From NCBI GenBank assembly GCA_963677435.1, contig OY781945.1, forward strand, positions 2,752,001 through 2,816,000: DNA of 64,000 nucleotides. The letters run 5' to 3'. Of this stretch, positions 10,489 to 20,429 are shown piece after piece. The position numbers and the translations under genes are program-made. Under the pieces are notes generated by a model. That model was not told the DNA's origin, did not search any database, and saw nothing but the letters and a program-made list of their open reading frames with translations. Source of the DNA: an uncultured Aliarcobacter sp. (GTDB lineage Bacteria; Campylobacterota; Campylobacteria; Campylobacterales; Arcobacteraceae). The stretch's first letter is position 1. Each line of letters begins with the position of its first letter.

Positions 10489-11892
10489 TTATTTTCCTTC
10501 TCCAAATAATTTGTGTGCTGCTTCTTTCATTATTAAATCATTTTTTTCTTCTAAAATTCTATCAAGATAAATAAATACTTGTTCACTTCCATTTTCAACT
10601 AATACAATTTTATCCTCAATTAGTTGTTTAGAACAAGAAACACTATGCCCTGAACACTCTTTTGCTAATATATTTGCTTCATGATGAACTATATGATGAT
10701 GTTTTTCTAAACCTTTATATGATGGAACTAAGCTAAATTGCTCTTTTCCAAGTCCTGTGTCATACCATTTCCCAAGTCTGCAATTATGGTGATCAACTGC
10801 ATTAAAATTATGTTCTCCACCAAAAATTAGTTGGTAGAGATTATTTTTGTAAATAACGTGGTCAAGTTTTGCTAAGTTTATAAATATTTTATTTGAAATA
10901 CTTTCAACTTCGTATACTGATCTATTTGAATTTTTTTGGAAAGTATTCATTAGTTTACTTAAAATATCAATTCTTGCTTTTGTTTCATTTACAACACTTA
11001 CAACTGTCTCAGAACTATTTTTAATTTTTCCAGTTTCATTTTGAATTGAAGTAACAACATCTTTTATCTGTTTCGCAGCATCTGCACTTCTATTTGCTAA
11101 GTTTCGCACTTCTGCTGCAACTACTGCAAATCCTTTTCCTGCTTCTCCAGCAGTTGCTGCTTCTACTGCTGCATTTAAAGATAAAATATTTGTTTGAAAT
11201 GCAATTTCTTGAATTATATTTATAACTTGTGCTATATCTTTACTTTTTGAAACCAATGAATTTACAACTTCATTTTCAACTTCAATTTCTTTATGTAAAT
11301 TATTTGTATCTGATACTATTTCTGTAATAAGATTTAAACCTTGAGTTGAACCAGATGCTGTTTCTTTTGATTCTTTTGACATCTCTTGAAGTTCATCAAG
11401 TAAAGCTAAATATGTTTTTTGCGTATTATTTAAAGAGTTCGTCATATTTTTATTATGTCTATCTAATAAGCCACCATTTTTATTATCATGAATTGAAGTT
11501 CTTCGTAATGAAACTATTTTATAGTTTTCATATTTTTCAACTTCAATATTTGCTTCACAATCTTCCATAATTAAATGATTATTATTTTCTAAAACTGCAT
11601 TTAGAACAACTGAATAATCTTTTATATTTGTACGAGCTAGATTATTTGAAAAAAATAGTTGATTTTTATCATCAAAAACGACTAAACCTTCTTCTTGTGA
11701 GTGACTAGCTATTTGTTTAAAAACTTCAAGCTTTTTCTCATTTTGAGTATTTATGTTTTCTAATTTTATAGAAAATTCCTGTTTAATCTCTTCTTTTTCT
11801 TTTTCTTTTTCAATAAGTTGATTTTTTAATTCTTCAACTTGTCTATCCAAAAAGATAACTTTTTCTTCTAAATTCTTATTTCCAAAAAACAT
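10489..11892 (-). CDS. Soluble methyl-accepting chemoreceptor with C-terminal CZB zinc-binding domain
   Basis: [31 protein letters not shown] signalling hairpin; [14 protein letters not shown] motif; no TM helix. Confidence 0.92.
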   Translation of the reverse strand: MFFGNKNLEEKVIFLDRQVEELKNQLIEKEKEKEEIKQEFSIKLENINTQNEKKLEVFKQIASHSQEEGLVVFDDKNQLFFSNNLARTNIKDYSVVLNAVLENNNHLIMEDCEANIEVEKYENYKIVSLRRTSIHDNKNGGLLDRHNKNMTNSLNNTQKTYLALLDELQEMSKESKETASGSTQGLNLITEIVSDTNNLHKEIEVENEVVNSLVSKSKDIAQVINIIQEIAFQTNILSLNAAVEAATAGEAGKGFAVVAAEVRNLANRSADAAKQIKDVVTSIQNETGKIKNSSETVVSVVNETKARIDILSKLMNTFQKNSNRSVYEVESISNKIFINLAKLDHVIYKNNLYQLIFGGEHNFNAVDHHNCRLGKWYDTGLGKEQFSLVPSYKGLEKHHHIVHHEANILAKECSGHSVSCSKQLIEDKIVLVENGSEQVFIYLDRILEEKNDLIMKEAAHKLFGEGK

Positions 11893-11971
11893 ATATAACC
11901 TTTTTTAATAAGTGGTACATTACGCGAGATGATAGCAAAAACAAAATAAATTATTTATAAAATAATTTTTT

Positions 11972-13117
11972 CTATTTATTTAGTTCCCTTGCACAAACCA
12001 TACCCTCACTAAAAGCTATTTGAAAATTAAAGCCTCCAAGTTCTCCTGTTATATCCAAACACTCCCCTATAAAGAACAAATCTTTCTGTTTTAAACTTTC
12101 AAAACTATTGTGATTTATCTCATTTGTATTTATTCCACCTTTTGTAACTTCTGCTTTTGTATAACCAAAATTACCCGCTGGTGAGAATTCATAATTTTTT
12201 AATAACGATAATTTTGCTTTTTCTTCATCTGTTAATTTTGAAACACTTTTATCTTCTAATTCAACACTTAATAAAAACTCTTGAATAAATCTTTTTGGAA
12301 GAGGTAGTGCTGAAGATATATTTTTATTTCCTTGAAAAAAAGTTTCAATTCTTTGTTTTGGCAGAAAATCTATTGCCATTTTTCCTTTTTTCCAATAAAG
12401 AGAACTTGTTAATATAACAGGTCCTGAACAACCTTTGTGGGCAAATAACAAGGAACCTTCAACTCTTTTATCCTCAACAAATGTAAAAACAGGCATAGAA
12501 ATTCCAGCAAGATTTTTAAACCAAAATTGCTCTTTTTGTACTGTAAATCCCACAAGTGCAGGTTCTAGTTTAATAATAGAGTGTCCAAACTTTTTTGCTA
12601 TATCAAAAGCAATTGAAGAAGCACCTAACATACTATAAGAGAGTCCTCCACTTGCAACTATAACTTTTTTTGCTTCAATCAATTTTGAATCTGTTTTAAT
12701 TTTAAAATATTTATCAAAATCTAGATCTAAAACCGTAGTATTAAGATATTTTTTTATATGAGTTGTTATTTTTGTAAACATATCTATAACATCTTGGCTA
12801 GAGTTGCAAAAGTATGTTCCTTTTACAATTTTGGGATTTATTTTAGGATTTACACCATTTTTATTCAAAAAAGATAATAAATCATCTTTTGAAAACTTTT
12901 CTAAAAGCACTTTTACAAACTCCCTGTCTCCTAAATAATTATTAGAAGTTACAAGTTCATTTGTAATATTACATTTAGCTCCACCAGAAACTTTTATTTT
13001 TGAGCCAATTTTTGCATTTGTATCAATAAGGCAAATATTCTTATATTTCTTTTTATCTAAATTTGAAGCTAACATTAAAGCGCTAGCTCCTGCTCCAATA
13101 ATTGCTATATCGTAGAT
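11972..13117 (-). CDS. HI0933/YhiN/BaiN-family flavoprotein
   Basis: KIKVSGGAKCNITN, AEVTKGG, GELGGFNFQ. The Rossmann motif IYDIAIIGAG lies upstream of the track start, implying a start at ATC 13117. Confidence 0.88.
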   Translation of the reverse strand: MYDIAIIGAGASALMLASNLDKKKYKNICLIDTNAKIGSKIKVSGGAKCNITNELVTSNNYLGDREFVKVLLEKFSKDDLLSFLNKNGVNPKINPKIVKGTYFCNSSQDVIDMFTKITTHIKKYLNTTVLDLDFDKYFKIKTDSKLIEAKKVIVASGGLSYSMLGASSIAFDIAKKFGHSIIKLEPALVGFTVQKEQFWFKNLAGISMPVFTFVEDKRVEGSLLFAHKGCSGPVILTSSLYWKKGKMAIDFLPKQRIETFFQGNKNISSALPLPKRFIQEFLLSVELEDKSVSKLTDEEKAKLSLLKNYEFSPAGNFGYTKAEVTKGGINTNEINHNSFESLKQKDLFFIGECLDITGELGGFNFQIAFSEGMVCARELNK

Positions 13118-14355
13118 GGTTCATCCTTTTTACATATAAATCTATTTATTCCATCTTCAAATTCATACTCTAAAGTGTAGTTATTTGCTTTTAAAATATT
13201 ATTAATAATATATAAGCCTAAACCAAAAGAATCTTTTTGTTTATCTTCATTTGAAAAGAATGGTTCAAAATAATCTTCAAGAGGATGAGTAAGAGATTCT
13301 CCACTATTTTCAAATATTATATTTTCATTTTCTGTTTTTATAAGTACTTCACTATTTTTTGAATATTTTATTGCATTATCAATTAAATTTTTAACTGCAA
13401 TTGAAAATAGTTTAAAATTAATTTCTAATTTTTTATTCTCATATTTTGAGATAACATGCTCATCATCAACCATCAGAATATCTTTTGCATTATCTATAAT
13501 ATCATCTAAATAGTAAAATCTTTTTTCTATATTTTTATTTGAAGAGATTAATTCTTCTATTGAGGCAAATTCATTTATAAGTGATTCTAATCGATTAAAT
13601 ACTGATTTTAATTTTTCATTATTCTCTTCATTTTGCTCTAATTGTGTTAAAAATTTTCCTTTTGTTATTGGAGTTTTAAGTTCATGCATAATATTTCTAA
13701 TAAAAATATTTCTTGCTTCTTTTAAACTTTTTAATTTCTCAGCAGATTTTTTAAACTCAACAGCAAGAAGGGAAACTTCATCTTTTCCTTTTAAATTACA
13801 ACATTCAAAATCAAAATTTTCATCACCTAAAGTTTTAACTTTATCTTTTAAAATTTTTAAAGGCATTAACTTTCGCAAAGTAATTAAATAAACTAAAATG
13901 ATTGTAATTAATAAAATTGTAAAAACTAAAATAATATAAATATGACTATTACTATTTGTTGTATTGTCATCTGCTATTAAAATAGTTTCTCCTCTTTTTT
14001 TCATGTAAATATAATTTTTGTCATTTAAAGTTAAAATTCTAAAAATATCATCATGTTTTGGATTAACTTTTTCAAATAATATTTTTGTTTTTGGATTATA
14101 CGTTATAGCATTTATTTCAGCCATATTTATGAAAAGTTTATACTTTATTTCCTCTAAATTTTTTAAAAAATCTTGATCGAAATTTGCTTTTTCTTGTCTA
14201 TTAACCATTTTCATAACGGGAACATACTTATCTAGTAATTGTCCTTCTTTCATTCTATAATCATGGGTAATTAAGATTAAAAAACTAATTACTACTAAAA
14301 GTATTGATATTATAAAGCTTACGCCTATTGTGAAAAATATTGATTGTCTATTCAT
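13105..14355 (-). CDS. Sensor histidine kinase with HAMP domain (ArsS/RacS-like)
   Basis: Two TMs, MHELKTPIT H-box, NLIDNAIKY, FGLGLYI. Confidence 0.9.
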   Translation of the reverse strand: MNRQSIFFTIGVSFIISILLVVISFLILITHDYRMKEGQLLDKYVPVMKMVNRQEKANFDQDFLKNLEEIKYKLFINMAEINAITYNPKTKILFEKVNPKHDDIFRILTLNDKNYIYMKKRGETILIADDNTTNSNSHIYIILVFTILLITIILVYLITLRKLMPLKILKDKVKTLGDENFDFECCNLKGKDEVSLLAVEFKKSAEKLKSLKEARNIFIRNIMHELKTPITKGKFLTQLEQNEENNEKLKSVFNRLESLINEFASIEELISSNKNIEKRFYYLDDIIDNAKDILMVDDEHVISKYENKKLEINFKLFSIAVKNLIDNAIKYSKNSEVLIKTENENIIFENSGESLTHPLEDYFEPFFSNEDKQKDSFGLGLYIINNILKANNYTLEYEFEDGINRFICKKDEPSTI

Positions 14356-15032
14356 TGTATAAATTTATATCCCATTCCTCTAATTGTATGTAAATATTTT
14401 GGTTCTTTTGGATTATCTTCAATTTTATGTCTAATTCTATTTATTATGACAGCCAATGAACCTGAACTTTCATAATCTTGATTTAATATATCAGAATTAT
14501 CAAATATATCTTCCCTTGAAATAACAAAACCTTCTCTTTTTAAAAATAAAGATAAAACTTCAAATTCTGCTGCTGTAAACTTAATATATTTACCATTTTT
14601 TTTAATCTCTTTTCTTTCATCATCTAAAAGAAAAATTTTATTTATGCTTTCATCTTCTTGCGTATTTGAGTGATTAAATCTTCGTAAAATTGTCTTAATT
14701 CTAATTTCAAGTTCCCTTGGATCATAAGGTTTTGGTAAATAATCATCAGCTCCAAGTTGTAAAGCAGTAACTTTATCAGTTATATCACTTCTTGCACTTG
14801 AAATAATAATTGGAATATCAAAATTTTTAACAATCTCTTTACAAACATCTAATCCATCCATACCAGGAAGTGTTAAATCTAAAATAATCAAATCATATTT
14901 ATTCATTTTTAAAGATGAAAGAGCCAAAAATGGCTCTTCGTAATTGGTAACTTCCATATTAAATTGCTTTAAATATTGTGTTAAAACTTCTGCTAGTTCT
15001 AAATCATCTTCAATCATTGCAATTTTAATCAA
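14352..15032 (-). CDS. OmpR-family response regulator
   Basis: REC domain (IEDD, LDLTLP, GADDYLPKP) plus winged helix ending TIRGMGYKF. Confidence 0.94.
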   Translation of the reverse strand: MIKIAMIEDDLELAEVLTQYLKQFNMEVTNYEEPFLALSSLKMNKYDLIILDLTLPGMDGLDVCKEIVKNFDIPIIISSARSDITDKVTALQLGADDYLPKPYDPRELEIRIKTILRRFNHSNTQEDESINKIFLLDDERKEIKKNGKYIKFTAAEFEVLSLFLKREGFVISREDIFDNSDILNQDYESSGSLAVIINRIRHKIEDNPKEPKYLHTIRGMGYKFIQ

Positions 15033-15035
15033 AAT

Positions 15036-15512
15036 TTACCCTTTTATTTTATCTTGGATTCTTTGTTGCATTTTCTCTTTTCTTAAATCCATTAAAACTT
15101 TTAATTGTTCTTTTTGTTTAGCTGTTAAAACAGCATAAGATTTTTCAATTACTTCTGCTTGAGATTTTAACATATTATCTCTTTTTTCAGACATAATCTG
15201 AATATACTTAGCTTTATCAAAGCCATCTTTTGTGAAAGCATCATCTTCAGATTTCATATTTTTTCTGCTGTCTTGTACAATTTGTTCTAACTTAGTTTTT
15301 TGATCTGCACTTAAACTTAATTTTTCAAACATATGAAACATTCCACCTCTTTGAGCATTCATTTTATGCATATTGTCTTTTTTCATCATACATTTAAAAT
15401 CACCTTTTGGTTTACCATCACCTCTTTTATCCATATCAGCTGTAGCATATAAACCACTTCCTAAAATTGCACTTATTATTAATCCAGATATTAGTTTATT
15501 TTTTCTTGTCAT
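15036..15512 (-). CDS. Spy/CpxP-family periplasmic chaperone
   Basis: Signal peptide, Met-rich segment, two LTXXQ-like motifs (LSADQK, LTAKQK). Confidence 0.85.
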   Translation of the reverse strand: MTRKNKLISGLIISAILGSGLYATADMDKRGDGKPKGDFKCMMKKDNMHKMNAQRGGMFHMFEKLSLSADQKTKLEQIVQDSRKNMKSEDDAFTKDGFDKAKYIQIMSEKRDNMLKSQAEVIEKSYAVLTAKQKEQLKVLMDLRKEKMQQRIQDKIKG

Positions 15513-15559
15513 TTTAAATCCTTTTTATTTTTGATATGTGAAATTATTGCATGGTGTTT

Positions 15560-15597
15560 TTAACAATTTATGAATTGAATATTAATGAAACCTTAAT
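15560..15597 (-). promoter_or_regulatory. Four 11-bp-periodic direct repeats upstream of an extended -10 of the spy/RR/HK operon
   Basis: Minus strand ATTAA / ATTAA / ATTCA / GTTAA with plus-strand starts 15593, 15582, 15571 and 15560, then TG-C-AATAAT at 15543-15551. Confidence 0.5.
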
Positions 15598-15655
15598 AAA
15601 AAGAATACTTATTTTTAGCTATACTCACTCAATATATAATTAAAAAGAATTTAAA

Positions 15656-17764
15656 TTGAAATTATCAAACTTTATTACAAGAATAATTATTACTATAGCT
15701 TTTATGACACTTTTTCTATCATTTGTAATTTCTATTACATTTCAATATAAAAATTTTGAAAATGATAAAATTTTTATAAAAAATGAATTTATAAAATCAA
15801 AAAAAGAACAAATTAAAAGAGAAGTATTAAGTATAGATAACTTAATAGGTCAAAAAGAAATAATATTAACTAACTTTATAAAAGATAAACTCAAAGAGAG
15901 AGTAAATCAAGCTTATAGCATTGCAATGGGTATATATAAAGATAATAAAGATACAAAAAGTAAAGAAGAGGTAGAACTACTAATTGCAAAAACTTTAAAT
16001 AATTTAAGTTATGACAATGAGAAAACTTATTTTTTTATAAATAGTAATAAAGGTCAAGCAATACTATTTAATAAAAAAATCCAACTTGATAAATACAATG
16101 ATATTTGGAATCTAAAAGATGGAAATAATAATTTATTTATTCAAGATCAAGCAAAAATTGCAAGAGAAAATAAAGAAGGATTTATTACAAATAAATTTGT
16201 AAAACCAGATACAACAGATAATAAACCATATACAAAAATATCTTTTATAAAATTATTTGAACCATACGATTTACATATTGGAATGGGTGAATATGTTGAT
16301 GATATAAAGGCACTAGCACAAAATGAAATTTTAGATTTAATTGCAAGTATTAGATTTAGTGAAAATAATTATCTCTTTGTTAATACTACAGATGGTCATA
16401 CTTTGGTATTTGATGGAAGAAGAACTGAACCACCAATAATTCATCCATTTCCTAATATTTTCAAACAATTATTAGAAACTGTAAAAAATCCAAATGGAGA
16501 TTTTTTATCTTATAAGTTTAAGAAAATAAATTCAAGTAAAGAGTATGATAAAATCTCTTTTGTAAAAAAACATGATAAATATGGTTGGATTATTGGCTGT
16601 GGAGTTTATGTTGATGAAATAAATGATGAGTTAAAAAAAGTAGAAGAAACTTTTAAAAAATCTCTTTATGAAGAGGTTATATATATATTAATTATGTTTT
16701 TTCTTATGATTATAGTTTTATATTTAACATCAAAAAGAATATCTAAGTTTATAAAATTAAATGTAAACTATCTTATATCATCTTTTGATAAAGCATCAAA
16801 AGAAAACAAAACAATTGATACACAAAACTTAACATACAAAGAGTTTATTTCATTGGCAAACAAATTAAATATTACCCTTGAAAATAAAAATGAAACAGAA
16901 AAAAAATTGCAAAATTATATTCAGTTGATAAATGAAAATATAATTATTTCTACTACAGATAAAGATGGCTATATTGTTGATGTAAGTGAAGCTTTTTGTA
17001 AAATTTCAGGTTATACAAAAGAAGAACTAATAGGTAATACCCATAAACTAGTAAGACACCCAAATACACCTGATAGCTTTTATGAAGATATGTGGGATAG
17101 ATTACTTAATGGTGAAATATGGGAAGGTGAAATTCATAATAAAAATAAAAATGGGAAAGAGTATTGGATTTATGCAATTATAAAACCTCTTTTTAAAAAT
17201 AATGAATTTATTGGTTTTACTGCAATTAGAACTAATATTACAGATAAAAAACATATTGAGCAATTATCTATTACAGATGAATTAACAGATTTATATAATA
17301 GAAGATTTTTTAATATAAAAATTGAAGAAGAGATAAATAGAGCAAAAAGAGATAATCATTACTTTTCATTTTTAGTATTAGATATTGATTACTTTAAACA
17401 ATACAATGATACTTATGGACATCAAAAAGGTGACATTGCTTTAGAAAAGGTAGCGTCAATACTAAAGAAAAGAACAGCAAGAGGAAGTGATTTTGCATTT
17501 AGATTAGGTGGAGAAGAGTTTGGAATTATTACTACTTTAAATAAAGAAAAAGCAATTGAATTTGCAAATTTAATAAAAAATGAAATTGAAAATTTGAAGA
17601 TTGAACATAAAGCAAGTGAAGTATCTAAATTTATAACTATTTCAATTGGTATTGTCTCAAAAGAAGGTGAATCTATTACAAATAGTGATTTACTTTATAA
17701 AGAGGCTGATGATTGTTTATACGAAGCTAAAAGATTAGGGAGAAATAGTATTTTTATACTTTAA
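15656..17764 (+). CDS. Diguanylate cyclase with Cache and PAS sensor domains
   Basis: TM, Cache-like periplasmic region, PAS, DIDYFKQYNDTYGH and RLGGEEF. Confidence 0.93.
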   Translation: MKLSNFITRIIITIAFMTLFLSFVISITFQYKNFENDKIFIKNEFIKSKKEQIKREVLSIDNLIGQKEIILTNFIKDKLKERVNQAYSIAMGIYKDNKDTKSKEEVELLIAKTLNNLSYDNEKTYFFINSNKGQAILFNKKIQLDKYNDIWNLKDGNNNLFIQDQAKIARENKEGFITNKFVKPDTTDNKPYTKISFIKLFEPYDLHIGMGEYVDDIKALAQNEILDLIASIRFSENNYLFVNTTDGHTLVFDGRRTEPPIIHPFPNIFKQLLETVKNPNGDFLSYKFKKINSSKEYDKISFVKKHDKYGWIIGCGVYVDEINDELKKVEETFKKSLYEEVIYILIMFFLMIIVLYLTSKRISKFIKLNVNYLISSFDKASKENKTIDTQNLTYKEFISLANKLNITLENKNETEKKLQNYIQLINENIIISTTDKDGYIVDVSEAFCKISGYTKEELIGNTHKLVRHPNTPDSFYEDMWDRLLNGEIWEGEIHNKNKNGKEYWIYAIIKPLFKNNEFIGFTAIRTNITDKKHIEQLSITDELTDLYNRRFFNIKIEEEINRAKRDNHYFSFLVLDIDYFKQYNDTYGHQKGDIALEKVASILKKRTARGSDFAFRLGGEEFGIITTLNKEKAIEFANLIKNEIENLKIEHKASEVSKFITISIGIVSKEGESITNSDLLYKEADDCLYEAKRLGRNSIFIL

Positions 17765-17768
17765 AAAC

Positions 17769-18770
17769 ATGAAAATAAGAGTAGGAACATTTAACCTTTT
17801 TCAATTTGTTGAGCCGCCATATTCGTGGTATACAAAAAAAGAAAAATTCAATATTGAACAATGGGAAGAAAAAACAGCTTGGATAAAAAATCAAATCATT
17901 GAAATGAACTGTGATATTATTGGTTTCCAAGAAGTTTTTTCAAAAAAAGCTTTAAAAACTCTTCTTAGTGAACTAGGATTTAAATATTTTAAAACAATTG
18001 ATAGTCCAAGAAGTGATAAAAAAAATGAAAAAGTTTTTACAAGTACAATTGTTGCCCTTGCTTCAAAATATCCAATTAGAAATCTAAAAAGAATTGAAAT
18101 TGATTTTACAGCACTTAAAAAACACCATTTAGATGGCTTTTTTAAATTTGCAAGAGCTCCAATAAAAGCAACTATTGCTTTGCCAAATCAAAAAGATTTA
18201 GATGTATATGTTTGCCATCTAAAATCAAATAGAGATAATGAATTTGAATATGTTTTTACAAAAGATTCAACCCTAGCTGAGAAAAAACAAAAAGTTAAAA
18301 AATCCTTAGAAGATAACTATTCCCAATCATTAAAACAAAGACTTTGTGAAGCAAGCTCAATTTTTAGTGATATTAAAAGAACAACAAATCCAGCTATTTT
18401 AATGACTGATTTAAATGACAAAGAGTTTTCAATAACTATTGAAGCTTTAACAAATAAAAAATACCATGATGATAGTTTAAAAAAAGATGATTATTTATTA
18501 CTTGATGCTTATTATTTTTTTAAAAAAAAGATTTACAATCCACATCCTGAACAAAAAGAGATAAAAAGAACTCCAACGAGTTATTTTGCAGGGAAAGGAA
18601 ATATCCTTGATTATATTTTTGTTTCTAATTTATTTGATAAAAATAAAGTAAATAATATAGGAAAAATAACTTCTTATGAAGTTTTTGATAAACACTTACA
18701 AAAAAATCAAAATGGCTCACTTCTTAATAGTGACCATGCCCAAGTTGTTTGTGAACTAGAGATATTTTAA
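17769..18770 (+). CDS. Endonuclease/exonuclease/phosphatase (EEP) family protein
   Basis: GTFNL, IIGFQEV, HLKS, DLND, LDYIF and SDH motifs. Confidence 0.88.
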   Translation: MKIRVGTFNLFQFVEPPYSWYTKKEKFNIEQWEEKTAWIKNQIIEMNCDIIGFQEVFSKKALKTLLSELGFKYFKTIDSPRSDKKNEKVFTSTIVALASKYPIRNLKRIEIDFTALKKHHLDGFFKFARAPIKATIALPNQKDLDVYVCHLKSNRDNEFEYVFTKDSTLAEKKQKVKKSLEDNYSQSLKQRLCEASSIFSDIKRTTNPAILMTDLNDKEFSITIEALTNKKYHDDSLKKDDYLLLDAYYFFKKKIYNPHPEQKEIKRTPTSYFAGKGNILDYIFVSNLFDKNKVNNIGKITSYEVFDKHLQKNQNGSLLNSDHAQVVCELEIF

Positions 18771-18810
18771 CTACCCTCTTTTTATACACTTGTTTTTTCT
18801 ATAATTCTCA

Positions 18811-18935
18811 TTCGTAATAAATTTTACAGGAATTTATTATAAATATCCCATAAATATTAACTATTATTTTAGACGCCATCAGGCTCCTTCCTTTAATAAA
18901 AAAGAGAATTGATTAATTTCTTCTCTTTTTTATTT
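18811..18935 (+). ncRNA. Candidate sRNA carrying an anti-Shine-Dalgarno tract
   Basis: TATAAT at 18800-18805, 5' hairpin 18814-18840, CTCCTTCCTT at 18884-18893, terminator hairpin 18899-18930. Confidence 0.45.
18899..18930. terminator. Bidirectional intrinsic terminator
   Basis: AAAAAGAGAA...TTCTCTTTTT inverted repeat between convergent genes. Confidence 0.65.
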
Positions 18936-19922
18936 ACTTTGTTTTGGTGTTTTTTTGTTCCACTTTTTATATGCTCTAAAAAATGAACTAGGTTCACTGT
19001 AACCCAATAAAATAGAGATTGTTCCCAAATCCATTTTTGTATTTTCTATATAATGTTGGGCAAGTTTTTGTCTGATTTTTCCTAAAGCATCCCTAAAAGT
19101 TTTTGATTCTGCTTTTAGATAATTTTGTAAAGTTCGCGGAGTTGTTCCAAGATTTGATGAAATCAAATCTATTGTAAGCTCTTTTTCTCCTATATTCTTT
19201 AAAATCTCTTTTTCAACTTTTGCGTACCAAGTTTTATTTTCTAACTCATCCAAAATCTTTTTGGCTTCATTTTCAAAATAGTCCAACATTGAAGAGTTTG
19301 GATTTTTAACTGGAATATTTAATTTATCTATTTTAAAGAATATTGCATTTTCGCCTTTTGAAAAAAAGATATTTTCTCCAAATATTTTCTGATATTCAAT
19401 AATATTTTCATCTTTATCTTGAGAGAAATATGTAAATTCAGGAGTTACTTTTTGCCCTAAAATTTGAGTTAGGATTGAAACTATTGAAGATAAATGAACT
19501 TGCGCATGAAAACTAGGAACTGGAATCATTGGGTTTTCATTTATATAAATTGCTAATTTATAATAAATACCATCATCAAAAAACTGAAATTTAAAATATC
19601 CACTGATTACTTTTTGATAATAATTAAACTTTTCTATCATCTGTTTTAAACTATTTGTATTTAAAAGTAAATAGCCTAAAAGTCCTAAAGATTGGTAGGA
19701 AACAGCTTGTCCAATATGCAAAGCTAAAGCTGGATTGTTTGATTCTTTCATGCAATATCTAAAAATAAAAGAGAGCTTTTTACTATCTATTTTTCCATCA
19801 TGTTTTGATAAAACTTCAGGAGATAAATCAACAACATTTAGCATTTTATTTATTGAAATATTTGTTGTTTTCTCTAAAGCTTTTAGTACATAATGAAAGG
19901 TAACACTTGAAACTTCCGCCAT
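18930..19922 (-). CDS. AraC-family transcriptional regulator (OruR-like)
   Basis: LGLLGYLL N-terminal domain segment; C-terminal LLGYSEPSSFFRAYKKW HTH. Confidence 0.9.
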   Translation of the reverse strand: MAEVSSVTFHYVLKALEKTTNISINKMLNVVDLSPEVLSKHDGKIDSKKLSFIFRYCMKESNNPALALHIGQAVSYQSLGLLGYLLLNTNSLKQMIEKFNYYQKVISGYFKFQFFDDGIYYKLAIYINENPMIPVPSFHAQVHLSSIVSILTQILGQKVTPEFTYFSQDKDENIIEYQKIFGENIFFSKGENAIFFKIDKLNIPVKNPNSSMLDYFENEAKKILDELENKTWYAKVEKEILKNIGEKELTIDLISSNLGTTPRTLQNYLKAESKTFRDALGKIRQKLAQHYIENTKMDLGTISILLGYSEPSSFFRAYKKWNKKTPKQSK

Positions 19923-20028
19923 AATTGCCTTTTCTTTCGTGAAATGTCACTAAATCTTCAGATTATAACATAGCAGTTATACTTATTAACTACTACAATT
20001 GTATATAAAATATTACAAGGAGATGTAT

Positions 20029-20343
20029 ATGTCTAACAGTGAGATTAGAATTGATGAAAGATATGTAAGCTTTAAAAATATAAATTGTTTTGAAAATGCT
20101 TGTTTAGTGATTGATAATATGTTAAGGGTTCTTGAAAATCCAAAAAACATGAATATCTATTGGAAAAAAGTAGTTCCAATGATTCCAAAAGCTTACTATA
20201 CAAGAGATCCAAAAGATGACGAAAAAGAGGCTTTATTATATCTTGTATGTTCTAACTCTTTTTATCTTGATGAACTCTTTGAAAAAGCAGAAGACGAACA
20301 AGGAATAAAAGCTTTAAGTGTATGTGAGTTGGAGTGTTGTTAA
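20029..20343 (+). CDS. cowN: CowN-like nitrogenase CO-protection protein
   Basis: ERYVSFKNINC...YW...ELFE...C-terminal ECC matches the CowN pattern. Start reset to ATG 20029, 6 nt after AAGGAG. Confidence 0.78.
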   Translation: MSNSEIRIDERYVSFKNINCFENACLVIDNMLRVLENPKNMNIYWKKVVPMIPKAYYTRDPKDDEKEALLYLVCSNSFYLDELFEKAEDEQGIKALSVCELECC

Positions 20344-20429
20344 AAAACACTAATTTATTGTTTTTCTTATTAATTATTAAATAATTTAATTACTATGATA
20401 AAATAAATCATTTAAACAAGGATTTTATT

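Noticed and set aside
19923..20028. Sigma54/NifA promoter for cowN
   Set aside because: No TGGCAC-N5-TTGC-like element seen by eye.
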